Position numbers and translations under genes: made by a program. Shown in pieces: positions 36,525 to 46,063 of a stretch of DNA of 64,000 nucleotides. The first letter of the stretch is position 1, and every line of letters starts with the position of its first letter. This stretch comes from an uncultured virus (IMG/VR IMGVR_UViG_3300034375_008609) (lineage: Duplodnaviria > Heunggongvirae > Uroviricota > Caudoviricetes). The notes under the pieces are model-generated. The model did not search any database and had not been told where the DNA came from. It was given only the letters and a program-made list of their open reading frames with translations. The DNA lies in IMG/VR virus record IMGVR_UViG_3300034375_008609. One strand, written 5' to 3'.

Positions 36525-37279
36525 CCTATAAGAAATCCGTAGCCTGTTCCACCAGCTAATGCTAGTGCAGCTTCAGCTTCTAGTTTTTCCATTTCACTTT
36601 GTGCTTCTGCTTTAAGACTCGCTCCATTAAGGCTAGTGCCGCCTTGAGGACCTGCGATAGTCGCAAACTTTTCACGTGCCTCTCCTAGCATATATTTACA
36701 ACCAGCAAGTGTATAATCTTTGATCCATTGTTTGGCTCTATAATCGGTTAGCAATTGACTATCTGGTCTATAATTATAGCACCATAGTAACACTTCTTCG
36801 TTTGCTCTAGGACGTTGTAAAATTGTTAACAACTTTGTTGAGCTATTCCATGTAAATTCAATAAAACTACCAAACATACGTCCAACTAATTCTTGACGTT
36901 GAGCAAACAATTCATACGAAGCTAGTCCTCCTACTCCGCTGGCTGCTAACAAATAAGTGTTAGTGTAAGCTAAATTGAATGGCTCAAATAAGGAACCTCC
37001 GTCACCACCGCCAGTGCGTGAGCCTACACTACGTCTATATATTTGTCTAACTTCTTCAACTTCGTGTGGCAATGTATAGTTGTTTTTATCTTCTTCTAAT
37101 TTTAGAGAAATATAACTTTCTTCTACGCTGTGTTCTGTGCGTTGTCTATATTTTGAAAGTGCCTTAATCAAAGCACTTTCGTAATGTATAGGATCAAGTT
37201 CCACATCGACCATGCCTCCGCCTAAGAACGCATTTACATAATCAAATATTTCTTGTTTTTGTGTTACTAAATCGGCCAT
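36521..37279 (-). CDS. Neck protein (T4 gp13-like)
   Basis: LGGGMVDVELD, WIKDY..A..K..LG..R.KF..I.GPQGG..LNG. Confidence 0.8.
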   Translation of the reverse strand: MADLVTQKQEIFDYVNAFLGGGMVDVELDPIHYESALIKALSKYRQRTEHSVEESYISLKLEEDKNNYTLPHEVEEVRQIYRRSVGSRTGGGDGGSLFEPFNLAYTNTYLLAASGVGGLASYELFAQRQELVGRMFGSFIEFTWNSSTKLLTILQRPRANEEVLLWCYNYRPDSQLLTDYRAKQWIKDYTLAGCKYMLGEAREKFATIAGPQGGTSLNGASLKAEAQSEMEKLEAEAALALAGGTGYGFLIG

Positions 37280-37315
37280 TGATCTTCTCCAATAGTATTT
37301 ATGCTAAATATACAT

Positions 37316-38473
37316 ATGCCACGTTTATCATTATATAGACCAAATAAAACAAATGACTACGAATTCTTAGATAAAATTATCTATGAACAGTTTAGTATTG
37401 GCGGCACTGATATTAATATTCACAAATATTTAGGGTCAGTCAATCCAAGCGATGTAGATGCAACTGCAACAACACCACAATACGATGCTGTAAAAGAAAC
37501 AAATATACAGGATTTGCTATTTTTAGAAAATCGTGATAGAAAATATGACACTGATGTTTATACTATGCGAGCAATTTATAATGTTGCAGACACTGATTTT
37601 AATTTAAGTCAATTTGGACTATTTTTACAAAATGATACATTGTTTATGACAATACATATTAATAGCAGCGTGAAGACTCTTGGTAGAAAAATTTTAAGTG
37701 GTGATGTTATAGAATTTCCTCATTTAAAGGATGAATATGCACTTAATGATTATAGTGTTGCTTTAAAAAGATATTATGTAGTAGAAGATGTAAATCGTGC
37801 AGCAGAAGGTTTTTCACAAACTTGGTATCCTCATTTATATAGAGTAAAATTAAAACAAATTTATGACGGACAAGAATTTAGCGAAATTCTTGATTTGCCT
37901 GCAGGTGACGAAGAAGGAAACACATTACGTGATGTGTTAAGCACGTTTGAAACGGAAATGAATATCAATAATGCTATTGTTCAACAAGCAGATGCAGATT
38001 CAGCAAAAAGTGGATATGATACAAGTAATTTATATACATTACAAGTAGACAACACTGGAGTTCCTGAGCTTGTTACAGCAGATATTAATACGCTTGATGT
38101 ATCTCAAAAAAATATACTAGCTGATAGAATAAATCAAACACCTGCTCGAGAAGGATATAAAGGTTATCTCATAGGAGATAATATTGCTCCTAATGGTGAA
38201 GCATTTGGTAGTGGTATAACTTTTCCGACATCTAGTTTTTCAGGAGACTATTTTTTAAGAACAGATATGTTTCCAAACAGACTATTTAGATATGACGGAA
38301 GTAGATGGGTGAAAATGGAAGACGGCGTCAGAATGACATTAAGTAACACAGACGATCGTAGAACACAAAAGACCTCTTTTGTAAACAATATAACTACATC
38401 GACAATAGGTGGTGAAAGTGTTACAGAAAGACAAAGTATAAGTAAAGCGTTAAAGCCAAAGGCAGATAACTAA
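37316..38473 (+). CDS. Neck/head-closure protein (T4 gp14-like)
   Basis: QDLLFLENRDRKY, LSQFGLF, GDVIEFPHL; start re-called at MPRLSLY, 5 nt after TAAATA. Confidence 0.7.
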   Translation: MPRLSLYRPNKTNDYEFLDKIIYEQFSIGGTDINIHKYLGSVNPSDVDATATTPQYDAVKETNIQDLLFLENRDRKYDTDVYTMRAIYNVADTDFNLSQFGLFLQNDTLFMTIHINSSVKTLGRKILSGDVIEFPHLKDEYALNDYSVALKRYYVVEDVNRAAEGFSQTWYPHLYRVKLKQIYDGQEFSEILDLPAGDEEGNTLRDVLSTFETEMNINNAIVQQADADSAKSGYDTSNLYTLQVDNTGVPELVTADINTLDVSQKNILADRINQTPAREGYKGYLIGDNIAPNGEAFGSGITFPTSSFSGDYFLRTDMFPNRLFRYDGSRWVKMEDGVRMTLSNTDDRRTQKTSFVNNITTSTIGGESVTERQSISKALKPKADN

Positions 38474-39963
38474 TGCAACATTTTTATGACGGACAAATTA
38501 GAAGATATATTACACAAATTATTAGATTGTGTAGTAACTTTACATATAAAGATGGCAATGGAACAATTAAAAGTATTCCTGTCACCTACGGTGATTTAAC
38601 AAGACAAGTTGCAAATATTATTAGAGACAACAGTGAAAATAAACTGCCTAGTGTTCCACGTATGGCTGTATATATCACTAACTTAGAATTAGATAGAGAA
38701 CGTTTAGCAGATGCTAGTTATGTAGAAAAAGTTAATATCAGAGAACGTGCATACGACGAAAACGGTAATGAGTATTTAAACACACAAGGCAAAAATTATA
38801 CAGTTGAACGTATTATGCCTACACCTTATATGTTGAGAGTTAACTTAGATATTTGGAGCAGCAACACTGATCAAAAATTACAAATTATGGAACAAATATT
38901 AATGATGTTTAATCCAAGTTTGGAAATACAGACAACTGATAATTATGTAGATTGGACAAGTTTGACTGCTGTATATTTAGAACAAATTAGTTTTTCTAAC
39001 AGAACACAACCGATTGGCGTAGACAGTGAAATTGATGTAGGCACACTTTCTTTTAGCACACCTATCTTTATTTCACCACCGGCTAAAGTTAAAAAACTTG
39101 GTGTTATTACTCAAATTGTTACAAATATATTTGACGAAACTAGAGGCACAATTAACTTAGGTGACTCATTTCCAGAACTTAGTGCATATGCAGATACTCC
39201 TGTGCCTATTAAGAAAACCACTTCAATAAATAGCGATCCAGCAACTAAAACAGATATTACAGCGACAGTATCACAAAGGTCAACAGTGGCACACAATTAT
39301 AGAAATTATGGTGTTTATATTTTAGGAACCACAGCTAGATTAATTGATAAAAATGTAGTTGGTAAAACCAATTGGAGAACAGTAATTGAATCTTATCCTG
39401 GAACATATACAGCCGGATTAAGCCAGATACGTTTGCAGACAGCAAGTGGTAGTTTTGTAATAGGAGATATTACACTAAACAGTTTAGACGAAACGCAATT
39501 GGTTGTCAACTGGGATACAGACACTTTACCTACAGGAGATATTATTGAAGGACCTGCAAGAAATTCAAACAGCTACACAAGTTTTGATAAAATTGTTGAA
39601 CCTTCGATATACAATCCAACTAATGATAAAACACCTGGACTCAGACTGCTATTGTTAGAACCATTAAATCCAAGCGAAAATGTAGGAGGAGACGTAGGTG
39701 ATACTCCATATAACTATCTATATGATGGTCCAGACGCTTGGAAAAATTCCAACGGCACAGATTTTGTAGCAAATGCAAATGATGTTATTGAATGGGACGG
39801 AAGCCGTTGGCACATTGTAATTGATAGCACAGATAGCACAAATGGTATTAATCAAAGAAATTTAGCCACTAATGTTATGTATACATGGACAGGCGAAGAA
39901 TGGATACAAAGCTACGAAGGTGAATATTCAGTAGGAACATGGGAAATATACCTTGATCCATAA
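38473..39963 (+). CDS. Tail terminator/sheath stabilizer (T4 gp15-like) with C-terminal extension
   Basis: FYDGQIRRY, PV.YG, PRM, P.PY, QIMEQIL..FNP. Confidence 0.8.
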   Translation: MQHFYDGQIRRYITQIIRLCSNFTYKDGNGTIKSIPVTYGDLTRQVANIIRDNSENKLPSVPRMAVYITNLELDRERLADASYVEKVNIRERAYDENGNEYLNTQGKNYTVERIMPTPYMLRVNLDIWSSNTDQKLQIMEQILMMFNPSLEIQTTDNYVDWTSLTAVYLEQISFSNRTQPIGVDSEIDVGTLSFSTPIFISPPAKVKKLGVITQIVTNIFDETRGTINLGDSFPELSAYADTPVPIKKTTSINSDPATKTDITATVSQRSTVAHNYRNYGVYILGTTARLIDKNVVGKTNWRTVIESYPGTYTAGLSQIRLQTASGSFVIGDITLNSLDETQLVVNWDTDTLPTGDIIEGPARNSNSYTSFDKIVEPSIYNPTNDKTPGLRLLLLEPLNPSENVGGDVGDTPYNYLYDGPDAWKNSNGTDFVANANDVIEWDGSRWHIVIDSTDSTNGINQRNLATNVMYTWTGEEWIQSYEGEYSVGTWEIYLDP

Positions 39964-39971
39964 TTATATAT

Positions 39972-40406
39972 ATGAGTCAAATTATTTGTAGTGGTGCACT
40001 ATTTTATACATTAGATACACAAAGATTTTTATTCCTACATAGAACACAAAGTAAGAATAAAAACGTGTGGGGTCTTGTTGGTGGAACCAACGAAGACAAA
40101 GAAACTGCTTGGGAAGGTTTACGTAGAGAAATCAGAGAAGAAATAGGCAGTATTCCTGAAATCAAAAAAACAATACCATTAGAAACATTTATAAGCAAAG
40201 ACGAAAACTTTTTATTTCATACATATCTTTGTGTAATTGAAAAAGAATTTATCCCAGTTTTAAATAATGAACACAACGGCTATGCTTGGGTATCATTTAA
40301 CAGTTGGCCAAAGCCTCTGCACAACGGATTAGCAAATACATTACGCAGTAAACAAAACCAACAAAAATTACAAACTGTTTTTGAACTTATTGAATTGTTC
40401 GTATAA
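39972..40406 (+). CDS. Nudix hydrolase
   Basis: Nudix box GGTNEDKETAWEGLRREIREEIG. Confidence 0.88.
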   Translation: MSQIICSGALFYTLDTQRFLFLHRTQSKNKNVWGLVGGTNEDKETAWEGLRREIREEIGSIPEIKKTIPLETFISKDENFLFHTYLCVIEKEFIPVLNNEHNGYAWVSFNSWPKPLHNGLANTLRSKQNQQKLQTVFELIELFV

Positions 40407-43400
40407 CCAATCAAAGTCATTAATTTTATTTAAATAATCTAAGTTTTTCGCAGCATATTCACCGTATTTTTTGCCTTGATTAGCACCGTTAATCGCCGCA
40501 TTACCAAACGGTTTATCTTTACCTCTTGTGCACCAAGCATTCAATCTAAATTCAGTTTCTTCATCTAGTTGTCCGTCAATTGCACGTGAACTTAACTTTA
40601 CACATTCTCTAAAGGCACTGCGCCATGTGCTGAATTCGTCTGTATCAAATTTTGTAATATTAGAAATCTTGTTTACTACTTTGAACAATGGACTTATACT
40701 TGTTGTCATATCAGGTTTGTTAGTATCCATATTCAATGTTAACTCTCTAGGCAATAGTTTTACAGCACCATAACCATAAATTAGTCCATTTATTGGATTT
40801 TTAGATTTCCAAACGTGAACGGTGCGTTTGCTATCAGGATCGTAATTAGGAATGTAGTAATCAAAGTTAAAATCATCTACAATTTGTGCATCAGCATCTA
40901 CTACATAAAACATCTCAGTTTCAGCAGTTTTTGCAGCCATGATATGTGCTTGATGAATGCCTTCAATGCCATGAACTCTGTGTATTGTTTTGTCTGGAAA
41001 TTGATTTAATAATCTTTCAAAGTTTTCATCTGCACTTTTTTCATCTTTGCTAATAAACACAATATCATAAGGTTTTGGTTGACTAGCTGTAATATTGTAT
41101 TCTTTTTTGTTTGCAAAAAACCGCATTTGAATTTCTCGTTCTGTAATATTAGATTTTTTGCTTACTAGTGCTACACCATCCCAAGCATTGCCATTTTTAA
41201 ACACATGATTTGTAGATCTTTCAAAATCTTGGTCATGTGAAAAATACAAGTCAAAATCAAAATTAGGTTCTATATTGACTTCTCTTGGTATAATCCAAAA
41301 CATTTCTGTCTTTGACATGTTATATGCTTTTTTGTAATCGTTATATGTGTTAATTGTAAACCTATCATACACTACAGGGCCACTAGCAACAATATCCCAT
41401 TCTTTACGTCTACCTATAGTTCTATACTCAATTTCTTTTTGTGTTAACGGTGCATGTTTTGTAAACAAAAATAATCCGTTGTATTTTTCTTTACCGTTCA
41501 CGCTATGCTTAAAAGCATGGTTAATTGTTCTATCATAACTGTTGTGTATATCAATATACATGCGCATATCAAAATCTTCACGTATTTTAATATTAGGTGT
41601 AGTTCCCCAGAACATATTTGACGGTGATTCATCAAATGCATTGAGATAATCATTATATGTTTCAATATTATATACAGGAAAAGGTTTTGGTGTGCTTGCA
41701 ACTACATCATGTTTCTTACTGTTAGCATAAAATCTATGCTCAACTTCTTGCTGTGTCACAGGAGCATGTGTTGACATAAGAGCAATGCCATCCCAAAATT
41801 TGCCATTTTTAAACACATGATTTGTATTCCTATCAAAAACATTATCATGAGTAAAATACATTTCAAAATCAAAATCAATATCAACTTCCACATCACTAGG
41901 TATAGCCCAAAACATTTCAGTTGTTGCACTGTCCATTGCAGACAAGTAGTCAGTGTAGTTGTTTACTACAAATCTTTCGTATTTTACAGGTATACTAGCA
42001 ACCACAGGCCAATTTTTTGCTTTTACTAAATGTCTGTGTTCAATTTCTTTTTCTGTAACAGGTGCGTGTTTGCTGAACAAAAACAAACCGTTTCTATATC
42101 CTTTGTCATTAACTTCATGTAAAAATGTATGGTTAATTTTTCTATCGTATTCATTATCGTGAGAGAAATAATAATCAAAATCAAAAATACTTGTATCAAT
42201 GTTATTTGATAATCCCCAGAACATTTCTGTATCGCTTGCTTTTAAAGCATCTAAGTATTGACCATATGTTTCAATAACAAATTCATCATACATACATTCT
42301 TTACTGGCAACTATATCCCAATGTTTTGCATCAACTATATGTCTATATTCGATTTCTTTTTGTGTTACTGGTTTGTGTTTGCTTAATAAAAATACACCAT
42401 TATACAATTGCATTCCTTTTACTTCATGTATAAATGCATGATTTGTAAATCTATCAAATCTATTGGTATGGTCAAAATGTAAATCAAAATCCCAGTTATC
42501 AGTGTTAATGTTTCTACTTACCGCAAAAAATAATTCAGTAACACTTTTTTCCATTGCTTCTAAATATTCATCGTATGTATCTATAAAGTGTATATCATAC
42601 TGAGCATATCTGCTTGCAACAACTTTCCATTCTTTTACATTTAAAATGTGTCTGTGTTCAATTTCTTTTTCAGTCACAGGAGATTTTTTACTAAACAAAA
42701 AATATCCATTGTAATTTACACTGTCAAATCCTTGATTGAGAAATGCATGATTTATACTTCTATCATATTTGTTATCGTGTGTAAAACTCAATGTAAAATC
42801 AAAATCTTCGTCATCTTCTAAATTACTACACACTCCCCAGAACATTTCGGTTTTGCTGTGCGTAAACGCATACAAATAATCGCTGTATGTGTCAATGATA
42901 AATTTATCATACTTTACAGGAAAACTTCCTACAACACTATGCTGTTTGACATTAACAAGATGCCTATGCTCAACTTCTTTTTGTGTTAAAGGGCTGTGTT
43001 TACTACATAAAAATAATCCATTATACAAACAACCAGCATGATCATCTACTTTGTGTAAAAATGCATGATTGATATTCCTGTCATATGTATTGCTATGTTC
43101 TAACACAAAATCAAAATCAAAACCACTTGTATTGATATTTCGACTGCTCATCCAAAACATTTCTGTCCTTGAAGTTTTAAGTGCAGTTACATATTCGTCG
43201 TAATCGTCAATTTGAAAATATTCATAAGGTGCAGGCACACTCATAATTGTGTTGTGCTCTTTCCTGTTTACAGGATGTCTATGTGATATTTCATTTTCAG
43301 TTAATTTTATACTTTTAGGAACTAACATAAGCCCATTAAAATTTGAAATACCATCGTGGTCGTGCTCAAACACATGAACTTGATTTCTGTCTATGATATC

Positions 43401-44858
43401 ATGATGACTGATATAAAATTGATCTCTTGCGCTTTGATAATCGTTTATTTGTGGACTAGAAAGCCAAAACATATCTGTTGTAGCAGAACTTTTTGCATGT
43501 ATATAATCTTCGTAAGTTTCTACTTCAAAAACATCAAAAGGTTTTGGTATACTATAAACTTCTTCCCATTGTTTCTTCTTAGAATAAAATCTGTGTTCTA
43601 CTTCTTTTTTTGATAACTTTGTATTAACATTGTATAATACAACACCGTCGTAGGTTTTTTTATTTAGAAAAACATGTGTAATATTTCTGTCGTATTGATT
43701 GTGATGTGAAAAATATAAATCTAATTCTTTCACTACATCTACATCACTTGGTATACCCCAAAACATTTCTGTGGTTGTATTTTCCATAGCACGTTTGTAG
43801 TCAGACCAAGAATTAACTACAAACGTATCAAACTTTTTTGGACGGCTTGCTACCACCTCGTGTTCTTTTTTCACTACAATAAATCTGTGTTCAAATTCTT
43901 TTTTTCCTATAGGACAATGTTTACTGAACAGCATAACACCGTCATAACTTTTGTCATTTAAGAACACATGATTTATATGCCTATCGTATTGATTCATATG
44001 ATCTATATAAAAACTTAGATCAAAGTTTTCTTCAAGTTCAACGTCATTAGGTATCCACCAAAACATATCACCCTCGATATTATCTAATACTTTTCTGTAT
44101 TCTTCGTATGAATTAAAATTGTATTGTGGGAATTTTTTTGGTTTACTTGCTACAATGCTTACATCTTTTTTCTCAGCGTAAAATCTGTGCTGTAATTCGT
44201 TAGTTGTGGGATTATAATATTTACAGCCTAAAATGATTCCATCTTTACTACGTGCAGAACCATTGCTGAACACATGAATATACTGTTGACTCCAATCATC
44301 GGGCATATATGAAAATTTAAAAAATTCACTGACTTCAACATCATTTGGCACTAACCAAAACATATCAGTATCTGATTTATTTTGTGCATCGTAATAATCT
44401 TGTGCAATTTCAATGTTTGGAAAACGTTTGATTAATTTTTGATATTCATCGTCGGATTCTTTACCAATAAAAAATATGTTGAAACTTTCTTCGCCACATA
44501 AAACGTCATATTTTGCACAAATATGTTTTTGTTCAATTCTGTGTTCTGTATCAATTTTTGTAGGAACCAGTTTAACTTTGTCCCAACTTATTATTCTTTT
44601 ACTACGTTTATACACATACGGAAAACAATGAATTCCAACTTCTGTAGGTCTAAAATGCCAAGGAAAAGTGCGTAATGTTTCTATATTTTTATCTACTATC
44701 CATACATAATCATGATCTTGATAATCTTTTACAACAGAATAATCCATTGTATCTTTTGTGTAATGTATAGGATATGAATGTAAAAAATGATTTTTTAGAA
44801 CATCTTGTCCGTTGTAAATTTTTTGTCCATAGCGTTCAAATCTATCAAATGCTCTCAT
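40368..44858 (-). CDS. Large tandem-repeat protein with C-terminal GT-A glycosyltransferase-like domain
   Basis: Eleven ~100-aa repeats (T-E/D-MFW...DFD...YDR..NH.F...NG..L.SK...KEIEHR) followed by YDIVFIS...MFYVVDADA. Confidence 0.75.
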   Translation of the reverse strand: MRAFDRFERYGQKIYNGQDVLKNHFLHSYPIHYTKDTMDYSVVKDYQDHDYVWIVDKNIETLRTFPWHFRPTEVGIHCFPYVYKRSKRIISWDKVKLVPTKIDTEHRIEQKHICAKYDVLCGEESFNIFFIGKESDDEYQKLIKRFPNIEIAQDYYDAQNKSDTDMFWLVPNDVEVSEFFKFSYMPDDWSQQYIHVFSNGSARSKDGIILGCKYYNPTTNELQHRFYAEKKDVSIVASKPKKFPQYNFNSYEEYRKVLDNIEGDMFWWIPNDVELEENFDLSFYIDHMNQYDRHINHVFLNDKSYDGVMLFSKHCPIGKKEFEHRFIVVKKEHEVVASRPKKFDTFVVNSWSDYKRAMENTTTEMFWGIPSDVDVVKELDLYFSHHNQYDRNITHVFLNKKTYDGVVLYNVNTKLSKKEVEHRFYSKKKQWEEVYSIPKPFDVFEVETYEDYIHAKSSATTDMFWLSSPQINDYQSARDQFYISHHDIIDRNQVHVFEHDHDGISNFNGLMLVPKSIKLTENEISHRHPVNRKEHNTIMSVPAPYEYFQIDDYDEYVTALKTSRTEMFWMSSRNINTSGFDFDFVLEHSNTYDRNINHAFLHKVDDHAGCLYNGLFLCSKHSPLTQKEVEHRHLVNVKQHSVVGSFPVKYDKFIIDTYSDYLYAFTHSKTEMFWGVCSNLEDDEDFDFTLSFTHDNKYDRSINHAFLNQGFDSVNYNGYFLFSKKSPVTEKEIEHRHILNVKEWKVVASRYAQYDIHFIDTYDEYLEAMEKSVTELFFAVSRNINTDNWDFDLHFDHTNRFDRFTNHAFIHEVKGMQLYNGVFLLSKHKPVTQKEIEYRHIVDAKHWDIVASKECMYDEFVIETYGQYLDALKASDTEMFWGLSNNIDTSIFDFDYYFSHDNEYDRKINHTFLHEVNDKGYRNGLFLFSKHAPVTEKEIEHRHLVKAKNWPVVASIPVKYERFVVNNYTDYLSAMDSATTEMFWAIPSDVEVDIDFDFEMYFTHDNVFDRNTNHVFKNGKFWDGIALMSTHAPVTQQEVEHRFYANSKKHDVVASTPKPFPVYNIETYNDYLNAFDESPSNMFWGTTPNIKIREDFDMRMYIDIHNSYDRTINHAFKHSVNGKEKYNGLFLFTKHAPLTQKEIEYRTIGRRKEWDIVASGPVVYDRFTINTYNDYKKAYNMSKTEMFWIIPREVNIEPNFDFDLYFSHDQDFERSTNHVFKNGNAWDGVALVSKKSNITEREIQMRFFANKKEYNITASQPKPYDIVFISKDEKSADENFERLLNQFPDKTIHRVHGIEGIHQAHIMAAKTAETEMFYVVDADAQIVDDFNFDYYIPNYDPDSKRTVHVWKSKNPINGLIYGYGAVKLLPRELTLNMDTNKPDMTTSISPLFKVVNKISNITKFDTDEFSTWRSAFRECVKLSSRAIDGQLDEETEFRLNAWCTRGKDKPFGNAAINGANQGKKYGEYAAKNLDYLNKINDFDWLYEQFNKFKNSL

Positions 44859-45430
44859 AATGTAAAACTCTTTGTTCCATAATGTGCTACATTATTACTT
44901 AATGTAGCGTCTACAAAAATGTCAAATCCTGCATCGTTTACATTTTTGCAAAAGTATATATCTTCACCCATCAACGATTGTGTTGCCTTATAATCAACAT
45001 ATTGATAATACGGTTGTTCTAAATATTCATATACTTTAGTGTTTACTAACATACAACCCATTCCTACTGCCCAAACTTTATGTAATCCATTTGTTTCAGT
45101 AAGTCTTTTGTTAAAGTCATTAGAATCTACAAATGCTACGCTTTGATGCGGCGGCATACGTGTGCTATAGGTTGCTGCTACTATTTCTTTATCATGCGCT
45201 AATAATTTTATTGCTGTGCTTTCAGGAACATGCATGTCGCTGTCAAGCCATAATATATGTGTGGCATTTTTTTCTAATGCTTCTTTTACCAACTGATTGC
45301 GTTGTTGTGGAATGATGGTTCCTAAGTTAATTAAAATTTCACAATCAATTGTTTTAGATATTTTAGCTAGAGAAAGAGCAAATCCTGCATGAACAAGATC
45401 TCTTGCCGGCACACATATAGCAAGTTTCAT
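44855..45430 (-). CDS. GT2-like glycosyltransferase
   Basis: RNQLV..AL, LWLDSDM (DxD), GMGCMLV, GEDIYFC, H.G. Confidence 0.8.
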   Translation of the reverse strand: MKLAICVPARDLVHAGFALSLAKISKTIDCEILINLGTIIPQQRNQLVKEALEKNATHILWLDSDMHVPESTAIKLLAHDKEIVAATYSTRMPPHQSVAFVDSNDFNKRLTETNGLHKVWAVGMGCMLVNTKVYEYLEQPYYQYVDYKATQSLMGEDIYFCKNVNDAGFDIFVDATLSNNVAHYGTKSFTL

Positions 45431-45807
45431 TAGGTAATTTTTTCAGAAATTGTATCAGTGTTTAGTGTTGCCTCTGCGGCTACTGTTTGATCGTTGAGTG
45501 TTCTTGCTTTTCCAACTGCTAATGCGACTGCTTCTGTAAAATCTTCTTCTGATAGTGCTGCCATTTCTACCATATTTTCTGGTTGCACTTTTCCTAAAGC
45601 AAGTAGGTCTGCTGCTGCTTTATGTGCAATGACATTGATCCAATGATATCTGTCGTCATCTTCTGGAATATCCATTGCATTAACCATAGCAGTAGCTTCG
45701 TCAAATGTAATTTGATCAAGTTCTAATGCTGCTAATTTTGCATGTTTACGTGCTTTAGTATATTCTTGCGCCAAGTCAATATTCATGACTTCGTATAAAC
45801 TTTTCAT
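45430..45807 (-). CDS. Hypothetical protein
   Basis: 125-aa ORF with SD AGGAG. Confidence 0.65.
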   Translation of the reverse strand: MKSLYEVMNIDLAQEYTKARKHAKLAALELDQITFDEATAMVNAMDIPEDDDRYHWINVIAHKAAADLLALGKVQPENMVEMAALSEEDFTEAVALAVGKARTLNDQTVAAEATLNTDTISEKIT

Positions 45808-45821
45808 AATATAATATGCTC

Positions 45822-45986
45822 CTATGTTCCTAGGCCACCAAATGATGCGCTTAAACTAATCGAACCAGAAGAAATACCAATATAAGCACCTAACGTGCCT
45901 CTTAATAAAATAGGCGTAGCAGTGCCACCAAAGTAATTTCTTACTTGAGACATTGTAATTGTATTTCCTGTGTTCGGTAACGCCAT
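45822..45986 (-). CDS. Small fibre-associated protein (54 aa)
   Basis: Not in ORF track. MALPNTGNTITMSQVRNYFGG...GSISLSASFGGLGT*; SD AGGA and its own promoter. Confidence 0.7.
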   Translation of the reverse strand: MALPNTGNTITMSQVRNYFGGTATPILLRGTLGAYIGISSGSISLSASFGGLGT

Positions 45987-46004
45987 TTAGATTCCTATTT
46001 TATA

Positions 46005-46033
46005 ATAATAACATACTATTTAATGTGTGTCAA
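46005..46033 (-). promoter_or_regulatory. Composite sigma70 + TAAATA promoter
   Basis: TTGACA-CACAT-TAAATA-GTATGT-TATTAT (17-nt spacer). Confidence 0.65.
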
Positions 46034-46034
46034 C

Positions 46035-46063
46035 GGTGTTGCCGGATTATTCCGGCATACACC
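46035..46063 (-). terminator. Hairpin at end of giant fibre gene
   Basis: GGTGT-A-TGCCGGA-ATAA-TCCGGCA-ACACC; poor U tail. Confidence 0.6.

Noticed and set aside
40368..44858. Repeats as a CRISPR array or DGR template/variable repeat
   Set aside because: They are diverged protein-level repeats of ~300 nt, with no identical short DNA repeats and spacers, no adenine-specific variation, and no reverse transcriptase in the window.
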